Of a stretch of 64,000 bases of DNA, positions 57,388 to 64,000 are shown one piece after another. The position numbers and the translations under genes were made by a program. Source of the DNA: an uncultured Pseudomonadota bacterium (GTDB lineage: Bacteria > Pseudomonadota > Alphaproteobacteria > RF32 > CAG-239); the NCBI GenBank assembly GCA_902788365.1, contig CADAJN010000005.1, forward strand, positions 6,475 through 70,474. Direction: 5' to 3'. The notes beneath the pieces are model-generated. The model saw nothing but the letters and a program-made list of their open reading frames with translations, was not told the origin of the DNA and made no database searches. Positions within the stretch are counted from its first letter, which is position 1, and each line of letters starts with the position of its first letter.

Positions 57388-57689
57388 GTCATGCAGAGGA
57401 GCCGTAGGCGACGAAGGCATCTCCGCACGCCAGTGCGGCAAAAAAAACAATGTCATCGCTCGCACTTCTTTTTTTATAATGTCATCCTATGGCTTGACCA
57501 TAGGATCTCGGCAAATTAAAAAGATTCGGCCGGGACTGCCCGCCTGCGCGTGTAATGACAACAAAAAATATAATGTCCTCAAAATATATTAAAAAAGTGC
57601 ACGGACAAAGGATTTTAGGGTTGGATTCTTCGTTACGCGAGCTTCGCTGCTACTTACGCAGTGCGGAATAACGAAAAAAGGAGACTTTA
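57388..57689. repeat. Cluster of GTCAT-type palindromic repeats
   Basis: The composite unit at 57388-57466 is near-identical to 55409-55487. Also present are GTCAT-CCTATGG-cttga-CCATAGG-ATC (57481-57508), GATTCGGC...TAATGACAA (57523-57562) and CTTCGTTA...TAACGAA (57628-57676). Confidence 0.85.
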
Positions 57690-58121
57690 TTAAGATACGT
57701 CAGCCAGTTTGTTTCTAAGAGCTTTGAGCTCGGCGATGGCATCGGCCACTTTTGCCAAGGCGGCAACATTTAAATTTGCGGCTTTTTCTTGCACAACAGG
57801 GGATGTCGGCGCTTCTTTTTCGGCAGAACCGAAGAAATCTTTTTGAATTTCATCATTGCCAAGCAAGTTTTTCAAACCTTTGGCTTTAATATATTGCTGA
57901 GCGCCCTCAATAGTGTAGCGGTTGCCGTATAACAAGGTTTTAATCAGCTTTAAGATTTCCACATCATCAGGCCGATAATAACGGCGCCCGCCGGTGGCTT
58001 TCATCGGCTTAATCTGGCTGAATTTTGTTTCCCAGAAGCGCAGAACATGGGTTGCAACGCCGAGTTCATCGGCCACTTCGGCAATTGTTTTAAATGCTGA
58101 CTTAGATTTGTTGATCACCAT
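57690..58121 (-). CDS. MerR family transcriptional regulator
   Basis: An HTH region, [23 protein letters not shown]...[11 protein letters not shown]. It lies downstream of ihfA, as in many alphaproteobacteria (from memory). Confidence 0.85.
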   Translation of the reverse strand: MVINKSKSAFKTIAEVADELGVATHVLRFWETKFSQIKPMKATGGRRYYRPDDVEILKLIKTLLYGNRYTIEGAQQYIKAKGLKNLLGNDEIQKDFFGSAEKEAPTSPVVQEKAANLNVAALAKVADAIAELKALRNKLADVS

Positions 58122-58146
58122 GTCCGCCTCCTTAAGATTTGCTTTA

Positions 58147-58431
58147 TTATGCGTTCAGGGCCTTGCGCAAAATTTGCGAAGGTCTGAATGAAATAACCGT
58201 TCTCGGTGAAATTTCCGCAGCTTTACCGGTTTTCGGATTGCGTCCCATACGGGCATTTTTTTGATGCAGACCAAAAGTGCCGAACGAAGAAATTTTGACA
58301 TCTTTGCCGCTGACCAGTTCTGCTCTGATTTCTTCAATAATCATATCTAAAACATCGCCGGAGTCTTTACGCGACAGACCGATTTGTTCATAAATTGCTT
58401 CCGTAATGTTTACACGAGTAACAGTTTTCAT
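58147..58431 (-). CDS. ihfA: Integration host factor subunit alpha
   Basis: 94 aa of the HU/IHF family with SSFGTFGL...GRNPKTG...[13 protein letters not shown] assign it as the alpha subunit because of the merR neighbour. Confidence 0.75.
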   Translation of the reverse strand: MKTVTRVNITEAIYEQIGLSRKDSGDVLDMIIEEIRAELVSGKDVKISSFGTFGLHQKNARMGRNPKTGKAAEISPRTVISFRPSQILRKALNA

Positions 58432-58590
58432 TTCATCCTTCCTGATAAGTTAAAAATCAATTTTTTATCAGCATAATACGACATTTATAAAAACAAAACA
58501 GCTTTTGGGCAGAAATTCACAATTTTTTCAATGTTTTATTTTTTTCTAAAATATGCTTGCTTATTTTTAAAAAACAGAATAATTTAAAAC

Positions 58591-58801
58591 TTGCATTGTT
58601 TTTTAGAAAAAGCAATGCAAAAGGGCTTAGAAAACCCTTTATACAACCAGTCATGGATCCATGACTTTAAATTATAATATTCGGCAATACGTCTTTGTTG
58701 GACGGATGTCGGCTTAATAAGGCTTTGCGCGCGAAAACGCCGAGCCGTTTGGTTGTATACGGTTTTCTAACATCCGCCCGCTTTTACACGCGGGCTTTTT
58801 T
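58591..58801 (+). promoter_or_regulatory. Structured 5' leader with an intrinsic terminator upstream of the two-domain glycosyltransferase
   Basis: A long closing helix pairs 58630-58648 with 58751-58767. Inside it is the perfect palindrome GTCATGGATCCATGAC. The terminator is GCCCGC-8 nt-GCGGGC-T6 (58776-58801), and an alternative pairing joins 58700-58709 to 58770-58779. Confidence 0.4.
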
Positions 58802-58824
58802 ATAACCGAAAAAGGACGTTAGAA

Positions 58825-60501
58825 ATGAGTATAAACAGTAAAAATGGCGAAAACCCAAAAATTTCCGTTTTAATGCCGGTTTATAAAACGCCGGAAAGCT
58901 ATTTGAAAGAGGCGATTGAAAGCATATTAAATCAAACATTTACGGATTTTGAATTTTTAATTTTGGATGATTGTCCCGAGCAATCGGTGGAACGCATTGT
59001 TAAATTTTACCGCGATGAACGCATTAAGTATTATAAAAATGAAAAAAATCTGGGCATATCGGCTTCACGCAACAGGCTGATGGATTTGGCAAAAGGGGAA
59101 TATCTTGCGGTGATGGATCACGATGATATTGCTTTACCCGAGCGTTTGGCCAAGGAAGTTGCTTTTTTAGAGGCGCATTCTGATGTGGGTGTGGTGGGCA
59201 CATGGTATGAGCGGTTTCCGAACAAAAAGGTCAAAAAGAAATATGTTATCAACAGTCAAATAGAGCGCGATTTAATGTCTAATTGCAGCATTTTGCATCC
59301 GTCGGCAATGATTAGAAAATCGGTATTAATTGAAAACAACATTCGTTATGAGGCCGAGTTTTCTCCGGCGGAAGATTATATGTTGTGGGTGCGCTTAATC
59401 GGTAAAACCAAATTTGCCAACATTCCGGAAGTTTTGCTAAAATATCGCGATTATGCCGGTAACACCTCAAAAATTCAGGCAGAGAAGATGAAATCAGCCC
59501 GCAATAAAGTGCATAAAATATTGGAAGAAAATCAGCCGCAAATGTTACAAGAAAATTGGAGCCGGCAAAAAATTTCGTTTTGCGGAATACCTTTGATAAA
59601 GCGTGTGCAAAGAGGTTGCTGCTTTAAATATAAATGTTTCGGATTAGTTGAAAAGAGCGTGCAAGAACCCATAATGACTTTTGACGCCGGTAAATTGCCG
59701 ATTTATATTATCAATTTTAATCGCTTGTCGTATTTGCAACAGATGATTGCCGTGCTTGAAAAATACGGTTTGCGCAATATTCACATTATTGATAACGTTT
59801 CAACGTATCCGCCGATGGTGGAATATTTGAAACAAACGCCGTATAAAGTGCATTATATGAAAAAGAATTACGGGCACATGGTGTTCTTTTGGGACGATGA
59901 ATTTAAGAATGTGCGCGAAAATGAGTATTATGTTTTGACCGATCCGGATGTGATTGCCGCAGAAAATTGTCCGGCAGATTTTATGGACCGGTTTTATCAA
60001 ATTTTGCAGCAATATCCAAAAGTCAACAAGGTCGGTTTTTCACTCAAAACCGATGATATTCAGGGTTCTAAGAAAGCTAAAGAGCTACTGGCTAAATGGG
60101 AGGGGTTGTATTATAAACACCGCTTAAATCGTTTTGAGCCGTATCTTTATGATTCATCAATAGATACAACTTTTGCCATGTATCGGCCGCATAAGGATTG
60201 GAAAACGGATGATTTTTATAAAGCGATTCGAATCGGGGCGCCGTATGAGGCGCGGCATTTGCCGTGGTATAAAGATTTGTCGGATTTAAGCGATGAAGAT
60301 AAGTTTTATAATCAGGCAGATTGCGGTAGCGGTAATTGGAACAGTTTTGCCGGATTGGAGCGAATAAGAGAGTGTTTAATCAGTAAAACGGTTGAGCATT
60401 GGTGGGAAAATTTATTTTCGGTAAAAAGTTCATATCGCCGGATAATTGTGCGTGTATTGGGGGTTAAATTTACATTTGATAAGGAGATGCGCGGCGATTG
60501 A
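58825..60501 (+). CDS. Two-domain glycosyltransferase (N-terminal GT2 plus a second GT-A-like domain)
   Basis: The N-terminus reads ISVLMPVYKTPESYL...LDDCPEQS...DHDD. The C-terminal half reads LPIYIINFNRLSYL...HIIDNVSTYP...YYVLTDPDV, which looks like a second Rossmann-like GT domain. Confidence 0.75.
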   Translation: MSINSKNGENPKISVLMPVYKTPESYLKEAIESILNQTFTDFEFLILDDCPEQSVERIVKFYRDERIKYYKNEKNLGISASRNRLMDLAKGEYLAVMDHDDIALPERLAKEVAFLEAHSDVGVVGTWYERFPNKKVKKKYVINSQIERDLMSNCSILHPSAMIRKSVLIENNIRYEAEFSPAEDYMLWVRLIGKTKFANIPEVLLKYRDYAGNTSKIQAEKMKSARNKVHKILEENQPQMLQENWSRQKISFCGIPLIKRVQRGCCFKYKCFGLVEKSVQEPIMTFDAGKLPIYIINFNRLSYLQQMIAVLEKYGLRNIHIIDNVSTYPPMVEYLKQTPYKVHYMKKNYGHMVFFWDDEFKNVRENEYYVLTDPDVIAAENCPADFMDRFYQILQQYPKVNKVGFSLKTDDIQGSKKAKELLAKWEGLYYKHRLNRFEPYLYDSSIDTTFAMYRPHKDWKTDDFYKAIRIGAPYEARHLPWYKDLSDLSDEDKFYNQADCGSGNWNSFAGLERIRECLISKTVEHWWENLFSVKSSYRRIIVRVLGVKFTFDKEMRGD

Positions 60502-60535
60502 TGATGCTGCAAAGCGAGCAATGACGTTGTTTTAA

Positions 60536-60696
60536 GGATTCGGCTGAAATCCTCTGGCCTAATGCGTAAGCAACATGAAGTCTGCCGGATAATGACAATA
60601 AAAAATATTAACAACGTTATCGCTCGTTCCTTCGTCATTCTGAACGTAGCGAAGGATCCAGCGTAGATTCTTCGGCCTAATGTCCTCAGAATGACG
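60536..60696. repeat. Repeat cluster including a 64-nt unit with perfect 11-bp terminal inverted repeats
   Basis: GGATTCGGC...TAATGACAATAAAAAATAT resembles 57523-57575. CGTCATTCTGA (60633-60643) and TCAGAATGACG (60686-60696) are perfect inverted repeats. Confidence 0.8.
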
Positions 60697-60902
60697 TGTA
60701 TATATTTTACCTCCCTGTCACCCCTCGCACTTCTTTAATAATGTTCCCCCTCGCTTTGCACCTTACCCTCTTTTCCGTAACAAAAAAAGGCGACAGCTTC
60801 ACAGCCATCACCTTTTTTATATAGTCGCCCGACATAGGACCTAATCATGGACCTCTCTCCGTCTCAGGACAGAAAAATTTATTCAACATATCTTATAACA
60901 AA

Positions 60903-61688
60903 CTATACGGCCACTTGTGCGCGTATCGTTTCATAACTTTTATACCCCACTAATTCAAAATCTTCAAATTTAAAATCGTTAATATCCCGAACATTCGGAT
61001 TGATTTTCATTTGCGGCAACGGATACGGCGTGTGCGAAAGCTGCTCTTTGACCTGCTCAAAATGATTATGATAAATATGCGTATCGCCCAACGTGTGCAC
61101 AAATTCGCCCGGTTCAAAACCGCACACTTGCGCCACCATCATGGTCAAAAGCGCATACGAGGCAATATTAAACGGCACCCCCAAAAACATATCGCAACTG
61201 CGCTGATACAGCATACAGCTCAGTTTGTTGTTCGCCACATAAAATTGAAACATCATGTGGCACGGCGGCAAATGCATTTCGGCAATTTTACCCACATTCC
61301 ATGCCGAAACAATCATGCGCCGATCATTCGGTTTGGTCTTTAAGGTGTTAATCACCTCGGCAATCTGGTCAATTCCCTCGCCGTTCCAGTTGCGCCACTG
61401 CGAGCCGTAAACCGGCCCGAGTTCGCCGTTTTCATCGGCCCATTCGTTCCAAATGCGCACCCCGTGATCTTGCAAATATTTTACATTTGTTTCGCCTTTT
61501 AAGAACCACAGCAGCTCATAAATAATGCTTTTAAGGTGCACTTTTTTGGTCGTCACAAGCGGAAACCCCTTGCTTAAATCAAAGCGCATCTGCCGCCCGA
61601 AAACCGAACGTGTGCCGACTCCGGTGCGGTCCATTTTATCCACGCCGTTTTCCATAATATCGCGTAACAAATCCAAATATTGTTGCAT
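60903..61688 (-). CDS. thyA: Thymidylate synthase
   Basis: [15 protein letters not shown]...DRTGVGT...LPPCH...catalytic Cys context, with ThyA length. Confidence 0.95.
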   Translation of the reverse strand: MQQYLDLLRDIMENGVDKMDRTGVGTRSVFGRQMRFDLSKGFPLVTTKKVHLKSIIYELLWFLKGETNVKYLQDHGVRIWNEWADENGELGPVYGSQWRNWNGEGIDQIAEVINTLKTKPNDRRMIVSAWNVGKIAEMHLPPCHMMFQFYVANNKLSCMLYQRSCDMFLGVPFNIASYALLTMMVAQVCGFEPGEFVHTLGDTHIYHNHFEQVKEQLSHTPYPLPQMKINPNVRDINDFKFEDFELVGYKSYETIRAQVAV

Positions 61689-61690
61689 AT

Positions 61691-62260
61691 TTATTTTCCT
61701 TCCGTTTCTAAATAGTTCAAAATTTTTTTCACGGTGCTTTGTGCAACAAAATCGCCTTTTTTAAGCCACACTGTTGTCACCACGCCGTCCAGCTCAAAAC
61801 GCTGCGGCAAAGCCTGATATTTTTGTTCCAAAATCGCCACACTCGCCGATACATCAACCAAATTTTGTGCGCCGTCATCAATCGGCCCGCCATAAACACA
61901 ATCCACCACCACATCAGGCATCAGCGCCGGTGTTGAAAAAAACAGATAATACACAAAAGCACCGCCCGAAACATATAAATCCTCGGAATAATCTTTAAGT
62001 TGGTTAATATCGCTTACCAAAATATGATTTTGCGCATCAAAAAGTTCGGTTTTGCCGGTATTATCCAAAACGATAACCTTACGACCCGTAAGCACCTTTT
62101 GCGGCATACCGGAATATGTGCGTCCCCCCATAACCTTAACCTGTCCCTCGGTCAAATTGCGGAAACGCCGTGTATCCGAGGCAATTTTCCACGGCAATCC
62201 GAGACCGGCGCCAATCACGTTATCACCTTTATGCCTGCACCAAATTGAAACAATTGTCAT
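61691..62260 (-). CDS. folA: Dihydrofolate reductase (divergent)
   Basis: [17 protein letters not shown]...VMGGRTY...GRKVIVL. It lies immediately upstream of thyA. Confidence 0.7.
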   Translation of the reverse strand: MTIVSIWCRHKGDNVIGAGLGLPWKIASDTRRFRNLTEGQVKVMGGRTYSGMPQKVLTGRKVIVLDNTGKTELFDAQNHILVSDINQLKDYSEDLYVSGGAFVYYLFFSTPALMPDVVVDCVYGGPIDDGAQNLVDVSASVAILEQKYQALPQRFELDGVVTTVWLKKGDFVAQSTVKKILNYLETEGK

Positions 62261-62501
62261 TTGCGGTTCCTTTCTTTAAGCATATTTTTACAATATATTT
62301 GTGCCGACGCCAAATATTTTTACAAAAGACACACAATAAATTAGAATAGCGCAAAAAAACACTTGCAAAATGCAAAAAAGTTATATAAAAGACAACAAAT
62401 ACGTTCGCATAGCGTTATTTTTACTTGCTTTTTACAATAAGCTGTGCTAAACATAACGCCGAATGTTTGTGTAATTAAATTAACTAAAAAGAGAATTAAA
62501 A

Positions 62502-62687
62502 ATGGCTACACCTAAGAAAAAAGTATCTAAATCACGTCGCGACATGCGTCGTTCGCATGATGCGTTAACTCCGAATGCGTATCAGGAATGCCCGAACTGC
62601 GGCGAGCTGAAAAGACCTCATCATGTTTGCCCGAAATGCGGCCAATATGACGGCAAAGATATTGTTGCTAATAAAGAAGCAAAATAA
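62502..62687 (+). CDS. rpmF: 50S ribosomal protein L32
   Basis: [19 protein letters not shown]... with a C-x2-C...C-x2-C zinc ribbon. Confidence 0.95.
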   Translation: MATPKKKVSKSRRDMRRSHDALTPNAYQECPNCGELKRPHHVCPKCGQYDGKDIVANKEAK

Positions 62688-62705
62688 GTCTGAACTAAAA
62701 TTTAA

Positions 62706-63770
62706 TTGGAGCAGGTTGTGAGCGAAAATAATCTGGTCATATCTATAGATGCAATGGGGGGAGATAATTCCCCTCGCGTTGTAGTGGAAGGTGTTGCTTT
62801 GGCGCACAAAAATAATCCGGACATCAAGTTTTTGCTGTTCGGCGATGAGGCTAAAGTTTTAGAGGAAATGAAAAAATTTCCGCAGCTCAAATCATTTTGC
62901 ACGGTGATTCACACCAACGAATATGTGCATAACGAAGACAAGCCTTCGCAAGTCATTCGCAACAAAAACACCAGTATGTATATGGCCATAGATGCCGTGC
63001 GCAAAGGCAACGCGCAGGCGGTTATTTCTGCCGGCAATACCGGCGCTTTGATGGCCATTTCAAAAATGATTTTGAAGACCATGCAAAAAATCCATCGCCC
63101 TGCTATCTGCACCAATATTCCGCACAAAAACGGCATGTGCGTCATGCTTGATTTGGGCGCCAATACCGAATGCAGCGCGGTCAATTTGGCCGAGTTTGCC
63201 ATCATCGGCAATATTTTGGCCAAACATACGTTGGAAATTGAGCGTCCGCGCATTGCACTCTTAAATATCGGTGCCGAAGAAATGAAAGGCCGCGAAGAAA
63301 TTCATCAGGCCGCAAAGATGATTAAAAACACACATCTTGATTTGAATTTCATCGGCTATATTGAACCGCACCAAATCAGCGAAGGCTATGCCGATGTTAT
63401 TGTTTCCGACGGATTTACCGGCAACATTGCGCTTAAAACCATGGAAGGCACGGCGCGCCTGATTACCGGTATGCTCAAAAGCACCATCAAAAAATCTATT
63501 TTGGCCAAAATCGGCCTGCCGTTCTTATTACCGATTGTTTTTGCCTTAAAAAAGAGAATGGATCCGCGCAAATATAACGGCGCCATGTTTGTCGGTTTAA
63601 ACGGACTATCGGTCAAAAGCCACGGCGGCACCGATGCGCTCGGTTATTCTTATGCCATTAACAATGCAGCCAAACTGGTGCGCCAGAACTTTGTGCAGAC
63701 GATTCGCGACGAAGTGGAACATGTTGATTTAGACGAGCTGTCACAGGATATTTTATACGATGTATATTAG
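62706..63770 (+). CDS. plsX: Phosphate acyltransferase PlsX
   Basis: ISIDAMGGDNSP, SAGNTGA and GFTGN motifs. The start is TTG at 62706 or GTG at 62718. Confidence 0.9.
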   Translation: MEQVVSENNLVISIDAMGGDNSPRVVVEGVALAHKNNPDIKFLLFGDEAKVLEEMKKFPQLKSFCTVIHTNEYVHNEDKPSQVIRNKNTSMYMAIDAVRKGNAQAVISAGNTGALMAISKMILKTMQKIHRPAICTNIPHKNGMCVMLDLGANTECSAVNLAEFAIIGNILAKHTLEIERPRIALLNIGAEEMKGREEIHQAAKMIKNTHLDLNFIGYIEPHQISEGYADVIVSDGFTGNIALKTMEGTARLITGMLKSTIKKSILAKIGLPFLLPIVFALKKRMDPRKYNGAMFVGLNGLSVKSHGGTDALGYSYAINNAAKLVRQNFVQTIRDEVEHVDLDELSQDILYDVY

Positions 63771-64000
63771 AAGCGAGATGATTGGATTCGGCCGTTATCT
63801 GCCGGAAAAAATCTTAACCAATGATGATTTATCGCACATGGTTGAAACCAATGACGAGTGGATTAGGACTCGCACCGGTATTGCGATTCGCCATATTGCG
63901 GCAGAAAATGAAACCACATCGGTAGTGGCCGGTAAAGCTGTAGAAATGGCTATCAAAAATGCCGGACTAACCCCTCAAGATATTGATTTATTGATTTTAG
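63760..64000 (+). CDS. fabH: 3-oxoacyl-ACP synthase III (3' end outside window)
   Basis: My own translation gives MYIRSEMIGFGRYLPEKILTNDDLSHMVETNDEWIRTRTGIAIRHIAAENETTS... The frame stays open to the window end and overlaps the plsX stop. Confidence 0.85.
   Translation, partial: MYIRSEMIGFGRYLPEKILTNDDLSHMVETNDEWIRTRTGIAIRHIAAENETTSVVAGKAVEMAIKNAGLTPQDIDLLIL

Noticed and set aside
57362-57592. A 76-aa ORF (…SCRGAVGDEGISARQCGKK…).
   Set aside because: It is translated entirely from the GTCAT palindromic repeats. Peptide-like ORFs of this kind are a known by-product of such repeats.
55300-57700. A prophage or integrative element inserted at tRNA-Thr.
   Set aside because: There are no integrase, excisionase or phage genes. 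The tRNA-like fragment is inverted rather than a direct repeat. Only one atypical gene is present. I report it as a possible small acquired islet instead.
58630-58801. Assignment of the glycosyltransferase leader to a known class such as the c-di-GMP-I (GEMM) riboswitch.
   Set aside because: Hallmark sequences (for example GGCAAACC...ACGCAAAGC) are absent, and I recognise no tetraloop/receptor pattern. I report it only as an unclassified structured leader.

Overview
The window is AT-rich, gene-dense bacterial chromosome and consists mostly of housekeeping genes. Gene content points to an alphaproteobacterium, though this is inference without a database search. The supporting signs are a CcrM-type N6-adenine methyltransferase with its characteristic C-terminal domain, an ihfA-merR pair, a divergent mfd/recG pair and an rpmF-plsX-fabH run.

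Recognisable genes:
- DNA/RNA maintenance: rnj (partial), thrS, parC, recO, recJ, mfd, recG, uvrB, nfo, ccrM, rlmE, prmA, thyA, folA.
- Envelope/LPS: kdsA, pagP, an MsbA-like exporter, five glycosyltransferase genes, and an STT3-like polytopic membrane protein.
- SAM cycle: a compact metK-like gene and mtnN.
- Other: two tandem Ppx/GppA genes, desulfoferrodoxin, and one tRNA-Thr(UGU).

I saw no CRISPR array, transposase, integrase, rRNA or recognisable defence or toxin genes.

The most unusual signals lie outside the coding annotation or in orphan genes:
1. A dispersed ~104-nt element has terminal inverted repeats and covarying internal hairpins. In three places it fills a convergent gene junction and supplies the stop codon and last codons of mfd, rlmE and uvrB.
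2. Dense, nested clusters of short GTCAT-type palindromic repeats sit around tRNA-Thr, ihfA-merR and the glycosyltransferase/thyA junction.
3. A ~210-nt structured leader with mutually exclusive terminator and anti-terminator pairings precedes a two-domain glycosyltransferase gene.
4. An STT3/PglB-like 13-TM protein that lacks WWDYG is translationally coupled to mtnN, opposite a shortened MetK.
5. Several lineage-specific orphan proteins are present, including an HExxH candidate metalloprotease and a secreted 6 x 20-aa tandem-repeat protein.
6. Two loci have clearly different codon usage and Bacteroidota-style signal peptides, which suggests horizontal acquisition.

All functional calls rest on motif recognition by eye. 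No search or folding program was run.
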